Assembly: GCA_964291675.2 (NCBI GenBank)
Contig: OZ219866.1
Location: 2,912,001 to 2,976,000 of the forward strand
Length of the DNA stretch: 64,000 bases
From: Alphaproteobacteria bacterium
GTDB taxonomy: Bacteria > Pseudomonadota > Alphaproteobacteria > MPNO01
Direction: 5' to 3'
Position 1 is the first letter of the stretch, and the number at the start of each line of letters is the position of its first letter. The notes under the pieces are model-generated. The model saw only the letters and a list, made by a program, of their open reading frames with translations. It made no database searches and had not been told where the DNA came from. Both the position numbers and the translations under genes were made by a program. This document shows, piece by piece, positions 56,396 through 64,000 of the stretch.

Positions 56396-59300
56396 ATGAT
56401 GCGCCGCCTGCTCCGCATCGGCGTCGACGTCGCCCTGCTCAGCGCCCTCACGCTGGTCGGTCTGACCCTTTTCGGCGCGTGGAAAATTTCCGAAGGCCCG
56501 GTATCCCTCGGCTTTCTCAAGCCCCATGTGGAGCGGCGGCTGGCCGCGCTCGACCTCCCCCACCGCATCGCCTTCTCCGACCTCGTGCTGACCTGGGGCG
56601 GCACAAGACGGCCGCTCGATCTGGTGATGTCGGACGCCGAGCTGCGCGGCAGGGACGATGTCGTGGTCGCCAAGGTTCCCGAACTCTCCATCGGGCTGTC
56701 GCCGGCCGCGCTTCTGGACGGCAGGCTGGTGCTCAAGACGATCCGCCTGAGCGACGCCGCGGTTTCGGTGATGCGGCGCAAGGACGGCACGTTGAGCATC
56801 GGCCTGGCCGGGGAGGGCGGCCGATCCCTCACGCTGTTCGAGTCCGGCGGCGAGGGCGGGTCCGGCGAGAGCCTGCTGGGGAAGCTCGAACGCGTCGCCA
56901 TCCACCGCGCCTCGGTCTCGCTGGAGGACCGGCTGCTCGGGCTGCGCATGAGCCCCGACCGGGTATCGGTCGATTTCGAGCGCCGGGACCGGGCGATCGT
57001 CAGCGTGTTCGACCTCGACGGCTGGTCCGGCGACGAGCGGCTCTCGATGGCGGGCGTGGCGGAATACCGGCTGGCGGACCGCACCACCCATGTCGCGCTC
57101 GACTTCGCCGGCCTGGTGCCCGACCGCCTGGCGGCGATCCTCGCCGGCTGGTTCCCCCGCCTTCCCGACCTCCGGGGCGTCTCGGTTCCGCTTGAGGGGC
57201 ATCTCGCCGCGACCTCCGACGCCGGCGGCAGCATCCGCGACGCGCGCTTCGCCATCAGCGGCGGCGCGGGGTCGCTGCGCCTGGCCGAGCTCGGCAATCA
57301 CCGCTACGACATCCGTTCGCTCGTCCTCGACGGAAGTTACGGCGCCGCCGACGGGGCGGTCGAGATCGACCGGCTGGACATCGATTTCGGCAAGCCCAGG
57401 CTGTCCCTGACCGGCAGGCTCGCCGGGGTCGATCGTAAGCCGCGGCTGAACGCGCGCGCGAAGCTCGTCGGGATGACCATGTCGGCGCTGCCGCGCTACT
57501 GGCCCGAGGGGGTGGCCGAGGGCGCGCGAAGCTGGCTGGCCGCCAATCTGAACCGGGGCGAAGTCCGCGATCTGGCCGCCGATCTCGCGCTCTCCTTTGC
57601 CGATGGCGGGGCCAGGATCGAGCGGGTCGAGGTGACCCTCGGCATGGTGCGCGCGACCCTCCACTACCTAAAGCCGCTGCCCCCCATTACCGAGGCCCGG
57701 GGCTCCGTCACCATCGGCCGCGACCGGATACGGATCGCCGTCGACGGGGGCGGGGTTTCCGATCTCGTCCTGTCCGAGGGGCTGATCCACATCACCGGTC
57801 TCTCGGCGGACACGGCGCATATGGCGTTGCAGGGCCGGGTGACCGGGCCGCTGGCCACGGCGCTCTCGGTGCTCGACCATCCGCGCCTGGGCTACGCATC
57901 CAAGGTCGGTCTCCGGCCGGGCGGGGTGCGCGGCAGGCTGGCGATGCGGATCGAGGCGAGCTTTCCGCTGATCGACGCGCTGGCGCTCGACGACGCGAAG
58001 ATCGGCGCGGCGGGCACGCTCACCGGCGCGGTCGCCGACGGGGCGTTCCTCGGCGAGGACCTGGCCGACGGGGCGCTGCGTTTCACGCTCAACAACCAGG
58101 GTATGAAGATCGACGGAGATGCGCGCGTTTCCGGCGTCTCCGCCGCCGTCGGCTGGCGCGAGGATTTTACCGGCACCGAGGAGCCGCGCCGGCGCTACAG
58201 CGTGCGGGCGCGGCTCACCGAAGCCGACCGGGAGCGCCTCGGCGTGACCCTCGCCCCGCTGGTGCGGGGACCGGTCTCGGTGGCCGCGGATTACGCCGTG
58301 TTCTCCGGCGGTGCCGCCCGCGCGACGGGCACGCTCGACGCCGCCGAAGCGGAGGTCGCCCTGCCCCCCCTCGAATGGTGGAAACCGCCCGGCGTGAAGG
58401 GACGGGCGTCGTTCGAAATCGCCTTCGACAAGGGCCGCGCGCGGGCGATCCGCATCAAGGACCTCGTGGCCGGCGATCTCCGGGCGGCGGGTCGGGTCAG
58501 GCTCGACCGCGGAAGCATAAGCAGGGTGGAGATCGACCGCCTCGCCGTCCCCGACCGCTTCGACCTTGCGGGCGCGCTGTCGATCGACGAGGCGGAGGGC
58601 TGGACGATCGACGCCGGCGGCCGGCTGTTCGACGCCGCGCCGATCCAGCGCCTGACCCAGGGAGAGGGCGAATCCAGCCTGCCGCCGCTGCGCATCGCCG
58701 CCCGGCTCGATCGCGTGCTGCTCACCGCCGGGCGGTCGGTCGAGAAGGCGTCGCTCGCCGCCCGCTACCGCGACGGGAGCTGGCAGGCGATCGACCTCTC
58801 CGGCCGGTTTCCCAACGGAAAGCGCTTCGATCTCAGCTACCGCCCCCGCGACGGCGCCGGACGGCTGCAGGCGACCAGCATGGATGCCGGGGAGATGCTG
58901 GGCCTGGTGGGCGAGACCAAATGGGTCCGCGGCGGCCGGCTGACCGTTGCCGCCGAGGGCCAGACCGGCGATCGGGAAGGGCAGTGGAAGGGCAGGATCG
59001 CCATCCGCGACTTCGTGCTCACCGGCGCGCCCAGGCTGGTGCAGGCGCTGCGCCTTGCCTCGCTCGGCGCCCTGTCGGAGGAGCTCGGCGGGCGCGGCGT
59101 GCGGGTGACCGCGCTCGACATCCCGTTCACCCATGGCGGGTCGAAGCTCCGCTTCGCCGAGGCGCGGGCGTTCGGTCCGGGAATCGGCGTCACCGGCAGC
59201 GGGACCATCGACGTCGACGAGGAGACCGTTGAGATCGACGGCACCCTGGTGCCCGCCTATCCGCTCAACGCGGCGCTTGGCGAGGTTCCGGGCATCGGTT

Positions 59301-59488
59301 TTATCTTTTCCGCCGAGAAGGGCGGCGGCCTGTTCGCCGCGCCCTTCGCGATCCGCGGCAAGGTCGAACAGCCGTCCTTCACCGTGAACCCGCTCGGCGT
59401 GCTGACGCCCGGCGTGTTCCGCAACATCTTCCGGATATTCGACAGCAAGCGCGAGGACCCGCCGCCGGAGCCGCAGCCCAAGCGGTGA
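56396..59488 (+). CDS. AsmA-like/YhdP family lipid-transfer protein (DUF3971 + AsmA_2)
   Basis: N-terminal TM followed by GPVSLGFL; long beta-rich body; RYWP..VA.GAR.W; C-terminal GTLVPAYPLN..VNPLGVLTPGVFR. Confidence 0.85.
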   Translation: MMRRLLRIGVDVALLSALTLVGLTLFGAWKISEGPVSLGFLKPHVERRLAALDLPHRIAFSDLVLTWGGTRRPLDLVMSDAELRGRDDVVVAKVPELSIGLSPAALLDGRLVLKTIRLSDAAVSVMRRKDGTLSIGLAGEGGRSLTLFESGGEGGSGESLLGKLERVAIHRASVSLEDRLLGLRMSPDRVSVDFERRDRAIVSVFDLDGWSGDERLSMAGVAEYRLADRTTHVALDFAGLVPDRLAAILAGWFPRLPDLRGVSVPLEGHLAATSDAGGSIRDARFAISGGAGSLRLAELGNHRYDIRSLVLDGSYGAADGAVEIDRLDIDFGKPRLSLTGRLAGVDRKPRLNARAKLVGMTMSALPRYWPEGVAEGARSWLAANLNRGEVRDLAADLALSFADGGARIERVEVTLGMVRATLHYLKPLPPITEARGSVTIGRDRIRIAVDGGGVSDLVLSEGLIHITGLSADTAHMALQGRVTGPLATALSVLDHPRLGYASKVGLRPGGVRGRLAMRIEASFPLIDALALDDAKIGAAGTLTGAVADGAFLGEDLADGALRFTLNNQGMKIDGDARVSGVSAAVGWREDFTGTEEPRRRYSVRARLTEADRERLGVTLAPLVRGPVSVAADYAVFSGGAARATGTLDAAEAEVALPPLEWWKPPGVKGRASFEIAFDKGRARAIRIKDLVAGDLRAAGRVRLDRGSISRVEIDRLAVPDRFDLAGALSIDEAEGWTIDAGGRLFDAAPIQRLTQGEGESSLPPLRIAARLDRVLLTAGRSVEKASLAARYRDGSWQAIDLSGRFPNGKRFDLSYRPRDGAGRLQATSMDAGEMLGLVGETKWVRGGRLTVAAEGQTGDREGQWKGRIAIRDFVLTGAPRLVQALRLASLGALSEELGGRGVRVTALDIPFTHGGSKLRFAEARAFGPGIGVTGSGTIDVDEETVEIDGTLVPAYPLNAALGEVPGIGFIFSAEKGGGLFAAPFAIRGKVEQPSFTVNPLGVLTPGVFRNIFRIFDSKREDPPPEPQPKR

Positions 59489-59497
59489 CCGGGCCGG

Positions 59498-60754
59498 TCA
59501 GACCGGCGTCACGATGACATGCCGCTTGCGGCCGGCCGACAGCTTCATCACCCCGTCCGGCGTCAGATCGCCCAGCGTGACCGTCTGCATCTCGCTGTTG
59601 AAGGCGCGGTCGTTGAGCCGGCCGCCGCCGCCCCGGATCAGCCGCCGCGCATCGGCCCTGGACGCAGCGAGCCCGGCGCGCGCGATCAGGTCGAAAGCCG
59701 CGATCCCGCTCTCCAGCTCGGACCGGTCGAGCGCGTAGCGCGGCAGGTCCGACCCCAGCGCGCCGTCCTCGAAGGTGGTGCGCGCGGTCGCCTCGGCGCG
59801 CCTCGCCTCCGCCGCGCCGTGGCACAGCGCCGTCGCCTCGCGCGCCAGCACCTTCTTGGCCTCGTTGATCTCGGCGTCGCGCAACGCTTCGAGCCGGGCG
59901 ATCTCGTCGAGCGGCAGGGTCGTGAACAGCCGCAGGAACCGGCCGACATCGCCGTCGGCGGCGTTGCGCCAGAACTGGTAGTAGTCGTATGCGCTCACCC
60001 GGTCGGCGTTGAGCCAGACCGCGCCGCCCGCCGTCTTGCCCATCTTCTCGCCCGAAGCGGTGGTGATCAGCGGCGAGGTCAGCCCGTAGAGCGCCGCCCC
60101 GTCGGTGCGCCGTGCCAGCTCGATGCCGGAGACGATGTTGCCCCACTGGTCGGACCCGCCCATCTGCAGGATGCAGCCGGTCCGCCGGTAGAGCTCCATG
60201 AAGTCGTAGGCCTGGAGCACCATGTAGTTGAATTCGAGGAAGCTCAGCGGCTGCTCGCGGTCGAGCCTGAGCCGGACCGAATCGAAGCCCAGCATGCGGT
60301 TGATCGAGAAGTGGCGCCCGAATTCGCGCAGGAACGGGATATACGAGAGCCCGTCGAGCCAGTCCGCATTGTTCATCATCACCGCATCGGTCGGACCGTC
60401 GCCGAATGTCAGGAACTGCGAGAAGACCCGCTTGATGCCGTCCAAATTGGCGAGGATCCGCTCCTCCGAGAGCAGTTGACGGGATTCGTCCTTGCCCGAA
60501 GGGTCGCCCACCTTGGTGGTCCCGCCGCCCATCAGCACGATCGGCTTGTGGCCGGTCCGCTGCCACCAGCGCAGCAGCATGATCGGCATGAGCGAGCCCA
60601 CATGCAGGCTGTCCGCGGTGCAGTCGAAGCCGATATAGCAGAGCTTCGGCACGCCCTCGGAGAGCGCCGCGTCGAGCCCGCCCGCGTCGGTGCACTGGTG
60701 AACGAACCCGCGCTCGGCGACGGTTCTCAGGAAGTCCGAGCCGTAGACTGTCAT
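59498..60754 (-). CDS. tyrS: Tyrosine--tRNA ligase
   Basis: [32 protein letters not shown] and a C-terminal S4 domain. Confidence 0.97.
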   Translation of the reverse strand: MTVYGSDFLRTVAERGFVHQCTDAGGLDAALSEGVPKLCYIGFDCTADSLHVGSLMPIMLLRWWQRTGHKPIVLMGGGTTKVGDPSGKDESRQLLSEERILANLDGIKRVFSQFLTFGDGPTDAVMMNNADWLDGLSYIPFLREFGRHFSINRMLGFDSVRLRLDREQPLSFLEFNYMVLQAYDFMELYRRTGCILQMGGSDQWGNIVSGIELARRTDGAALYGLTSPLITTASGEKMGKTAGGAVWLNADRVSAYDYYQFWRNAADGDVGRFLRLFTTLPLDEIARLEALRDAEINEAKKVLAREATALCHGAAEARRAEATARTTFEDGALGSDLPRYALDRSELESGIAAFDLIARAGLAASRADARRLIRGGGGRLNDRAFNSEMQTVTLGDLTPDGVMKLSAGRKRHVIVTPV

Positions 60755-60874
60755 CGCAAACTCCAAGGAGCGTGGCGGCGCTCGGGCACAGCCTCCCGGC
60801 TGCCCGAAACCGTTGGCGCCCGCTTCGCCGGCCGGTTTAACATCCGGCCGTCCGAGAAACAAAGGGAGTCGACC

Positions 60875-61744
60875 ATGGAACCGAGCCGCACCGGGCCCTT
60901 CGCTTACGTTCCGATCAACCGGCGGGCGAAGCTCACCTGGCCCGGCGGGGCGCGGCTCGCCCTCTGGGTGATCCCCAATATCGAGATCTTTCCGCTCGAC
61001 GAACCGGTCCCCGGCGGCACCGGGATGGCGCCCGACATCATCAACTGGGCGCCGCGCGACTATGGCGCCAGGGTCGGGGTGTTCCGCATCATGGAGGTGC
61101 TGGAGCGTCACGGGGTCAGGGGCACCGTCGCCCTCAACTCGGAGGTCTGCGACGACTACCCCGAGATCGTCGAGGACGCCAGGGCGCTCGGCTGGGAGTT
61201 CATGGGCCACAACGAGAGCAACTCGCGCTACCTCCACCACATGGAGCCGGAGGCCGAGCGCGATACCGTGAAGCGCGTCTTCGACCGCATCGAGGCCGCG
61301 ACCGGGGCGCGGCCGCGCGGCTGGCTGTCGTCGGGGCTGCAGGAGAGCTGGCACACGCTCGATTATCTGATCGACAACGGCGCCGCGTATGTCGCCGACT
61401 GGATCAACGACGACCAGCCCTACCGGATGGATGTCGACGGGCGACAGATCTGCTCGATCCCCTATTCCGGCGAGATCAACGACCTGCCGGCGATGATCCG
61501 CATGGGGCGGACGGCGGAGGAGTTCGAGACCATGATCAAGCGCCAGTTCGACGTGCTGTACCGCGAAGGAGCCGAGTCCGGAAGGGTGATGGCGATCTGC
61601 CTCCACCCGTTCGTCATCGGCATGCCGCACCGGATCGGCGCGCTCGAAGGCGGGCTGGACTATATCTGCGCCCATGACGGCGTCTGGCGCGCCACCGGGT
61701 CGGAGATCGTCGACCACTATCTTGCGACCGTCCCCGCGGACTGA
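60875..61744 (+). CDS. Polysaccharide deacetylase family protein (PuuE allantoinase-like)
   Basis: [37 protein letters not shown] and [12 protein letters not shown] motifs. Confidence 0.87.
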   Translation: MEPSRTGPFAYVPINRRAKLTWPGGARLALWVIPNIEIFPLDEPVPGGTGMAPDIINWAPRDYGARVGVFRIMEVLERHGVRGTVALNSEVCDDYPEIVEDARALGWEFMGHNESNSRYLHHMEPEAERDTVKRVFDRIEAATGARPRGWLSSGLQESWHTLDYLIDNGAAYVADWINDDQPYRMDVDGRQICSIPYSGEINDLPAMIRMGRTAEEFETMIKRQFDVLYREGAESGRVMAICLHPFVIGMPHRIGALEGGLDYICAHDGVWRATGSEIVDHYLATVPAD

Positions 61745-61761
61745 CCGCGGGGCCTGCGGGC

Positions 61762-62841
61762 ATGGCCGGGGCGGAAGGCCACGCCTGGGTCGTCGGGCTG
61801 ATGAGCGGCACCTCGCTCGACGGCATCGACGCGGCGCTGATCGAGACCGACGGCGAGACCGTCCGCGCCTTCGGACCGGCGGCGACCTTCCCCTATCCCG
61901 CGGCGTTCCGCGCCCGGCTCGCGGCGACGCTCGGCCGGTCGTCGGGCTACGAGGCGGTCGAGTCCGAGCTCACCCGCCGCCATGCCGATGCGGTGCGGCG
62001 GCTCCTCGCCGGGCTTCCCGCCGACCGCCCGGCGCCCGCTCTGGTCGGGTTTCACGGCCACACGATCGACCATCGCCCGGGCGACGGGGTGACCGTGCAG
62101 ATCGGCGACGGCGGAGCGCTCGCGCGCGCGCTCAAGCTTCCGGTGGTCGACGATTTCCGCAGCGCCGACGTGGCGGCGGGCGGGCAGGGGGCGCCGCTCG
62201 CGCCGCTCTACCACGCGGCCCTGCTCGGCGATGCCGCGGCGCCGGTCGCGGTGCTCAATATCGGCGGCATGGCGAACCTGACCTGGATCGGCCGGCGTGC
62301 GCCGCCAATCGCCTTCGATACCGGACCCGGCAACGCGCTGCTCGATCAATGGGTGGAGCGCCACACCGGGCGGCGCTACGACGCGGACGGCGCGCTGGCG
62401 GCCACCGGGCGCGTCTCGCAGGAGGTCGTGGCGCGCTACCTCGCCGATCCCTGGTTCGACCGGGCGCCGCCCAAATCGCTCGACCGGCTGGATTTTTCCC
62501 TCGACCCCGTCGCCGGGCTGTCCGCGGCGGACGGCGCGGCGACGCTGGCCGAGGTCACCGCGGCCGCGGTCGCGCGCGCTCTCGCCCATCTGCCCGCGCC
62601 GCCGGCGCGCTGGCTGGTTGCCGGCGGGGGGCGCCGCAACCCGGTCATCATGGCGCGGCTCTCCGCCCTGCTCGGCGTCGCTTGCGACCCCGTCGAGGCG
62701 CAGGGCTGGCGGGGCGACGCGCTGGAGGCCGAGGCCTTCGCCTTTCTCGCGATGCGCAGCCGGCGCGGCCTCCCGCTCAGCCTGCCCACCACCACCGGCG
62801 TCGCCGCGCCGACCGCCGGCGGCAGGCTGCATCTGCCCTAG
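61762..62841 (+). CDS. anmK: Anhydro-N-acetylmuramic acid kinase
   Basis: [38 protein letters not shown] and EAEAFA motifs. Confidence 0.95.
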   Translation: MAGAEGHAWVVGLMSGTSLDGIDAALIETDGETVRAFGPAATFPYPAAFRARLAATLGRSSGYEAVESELTRRHADAVRRLLAGLPADRPAPALVGFHGHTIDHRPGDGVTVQIGDGGALARALKLPVVDDFRSADVAAGGQGAPLAPLYHAALLGDAAAPVAVLNIGGMANLTWIGRRAPPIAFDTGPGNALLDQWVERHTGRRYDADGALAATGRVSQEVVARYLADPWFDRAPPKSLDRLDFSLDPVAGLSAADGAATLAEVTAAAVARALAHLPAPPARWLVAGGGRRNPVIMARLSALLGVACDPVEAQGWRGDALEAEAFAFLAMRSRRGLPLSLPTTTGVAAPTAGGRLHLP

Positions 62842-62845
62842 GGTG

Positions 62846-62960
62846 CGTCCTTCGCTACGCCCCGGATCAAGTCCGGGGCTGCTCAGGATGAGGAGAGGTT
62901 GGCATGCCGCAAAAATACTTCCTCGTCCCGAGTAGGCGCGAAGCGCTGCACCGAGGGACG
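62846..62960. repeat. REP-like inverted doublet (second family)
   Basis: GTCCTTCG..hairpin..CTCAGGATGAGG paired with CCTCGTCCCGAG..GCGCGAAGCGC..CGAGGGAC, resembling the alphaproteobacterial CCTCATCCTGAG..CGAAGGA palindromes. Confidence 0.7.
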
Positions 62961-62996
62961 CCTCGCCGCATCGGCTCCATCGAGAGCGGACAGCTT

Positions 62997-63338
62997 CTAG
63001 CGGATCGGCCGGATCGCTACATCGCCGGACGCCGCCTCCCGCCGCCGGTCCTCGATCAGCGAGTCCGACAGGCTGACATCGGCGGGGACGGCCTTGCCAA
63101 GGATGCGCCGGGCCATGCGGACGGCCGCCGACGCGCTGGTCAGCCGGACGACGCCGTCGCCGTCGATCGTCGCGACCAGGGTGTCGCCTTCCTGCACTCC
63201 CATGGCCTCGCGGAAACCCGCCGGAATGACGATGCGTCCGCCGCGACCCATCTTCACCGCGATCCGATCGTCGGCTGGAGGGCCGTCCCGTCCCAGGTCG
63301 GTCGCGCGCCGCCCGTGCTCGGTCTTGTCCCGTCGCAT
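62997..63338 (-). CDS. AbrB/MazE/SpoVT-family DNA-binding protein (VapB-like antitoxin)
   Basis: KMGRGGRIVIPAGFREAMGVQEGD motif; tail VSLSDSLIEDRRREA. Confidence 0.8.
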   Translation of the reverse strand: MRRDKTEHGRRATDLGRDGPPADDRIAVKMGRGGRIVIPAGFREAMGVQEGDTLVATIDGDGVVRLTSASAAVRMARRILGKAVPADVSLSDSLIEDRRREAASGDVAIRPIR

Positions 63339-63340
63339 GC

Positions 63341-64000
63341 TCAGTCTTCCTCGCCTTCGCCCACGGGGCCGACGCGGGCGTCGAGATAGTCGTCCATGTG
63401 CCCGGTGAGCACGTCGAGGTGCTCGTTGAAGAAATGGTCGGCGCCCTCGATCACCCGGTAGTCGATGGTCACGCCGCGCTGGTTGGAGAGGTGCTCGGCG
63501 AGCTCGGCGACCGAATCCTGCGGCACCTGCTGGTCGGCATCGCCGTGCAGGAACAGGCCCGAGCACGGGCAGGGCGCGAGGAAGGAGAAGTCGTAGAGGC
63601 TCGCCGGCGGCGCGATGGAGACGAAGCTGGTAATCTCCGGCCGGCGCATCAGCAGCTGCATGCCGATCCAGGCGCCGAAGGAGAAGCCGCCGATCCAGCA
63701 TTGCGGCGCGTCGGGGTTGCAGGATTGCAGCCAGTCCAGCGCCGCCGCCGCGTCGCTGAGCTCGCCCAGCCCCTCGTCATAGACGCCTCGCGACCGCCCG
63801 ACCCCGCGGAAGTTGAAGCGCAGCGCCGAGAATCCACGCCTGGTGAACACCTGGAACGCCTGGAACACCACCCGGTTGTTCATCGTCCCGCCATATTGCG
63901 GGTGCGGATGGAGCAGGATCGCGATCGGCGCGTTGGGCGTCTTGCTGTGGTAGTAGCGGCCTTCCAGCCGTCCCTCGGGGCCGTTGAATATGACCTCGGG
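63341..64000 (-). CDS. Alpha/beta hydrolase; start codon just outside the window
   Basis: Frame reads PEVIFNGPEGRLEGRY..HPHPQYGGTMNN, RFNFRGVG, GFSFG and GADHFF. Confidence 0.9.
   Translation of the reverse strand, partial: PEVIFNGPEGRLEGRYYHSKTPNAPIAILLHPHPQYGGTMNNRVVFQAFQVFTRRGFSALRFNFRGVGRSRGVYDEGLGELSDAAAALDWLQSCNPDAPQCWIGGFSFGAWIGMQLLMRRPEITSFVSIAPPASLYDFSFLAPCPCSGLFLHGDADQQVPQDSVAELAEHLSNQRGVTIDYRVIEGADHFFNEHLDVLTGHMDDYLDARVGPVGEGEED

Overview
High-GC (roughly 70% by eye) alphaproteobacterial chromosome segment, most like Rhodospirillales. About 1-28.8 kb is accessory metabolism: a UbiD decarboxylase, an SDR, a Sel1-repeat protein, a cysteine hydrolase/Mo-hydroxylase large subunit/alpha-beta hydrolase trio, TRAP dctQM, a partial hopanoid cluster (hpnD-shc-hpnG), a MetF-like gene, a 7-gene Rieske oxygenase operon, a NicX-like/acyl-CoA dehydrogenase/acyl-CoA ligase operon and a DUF1989 gene. 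About 29-64 kb is the conserved core block (NDUFA12-mlaD-DUF2155, aat, accCB, aroQ, dsbA-like, M48, rne, amiC, mrcA, prfB, bcp, glnE, AsmA/YhdP-like, tyrS, anmK) with several small insertions. Signals missed by the ORF track: (1) a 544-aa UGA-readthrough selenoprotein candidate (24764-26398, U-S-T-C motif) with an fdhF-like SECIS hairpin and a competing upstream anti-SECIS stem; (2) the programmed +1 frameshift of prfB; (3) a frameshift in mlaD at a G6 run; (4) a ~270-bp multi-arm palindromic element (27371-27638); (5) an AT-rich, terminator-bounded sRNA/attenuator candidate (about 26445-26588). A three-domain RidA fusion with two small paralogous barrel proteins is inserted between rne and amiC. 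No tRNA, rRNA, CRISPR array or transposase was seen. All family assignments are from motif recognition; no searches were run.
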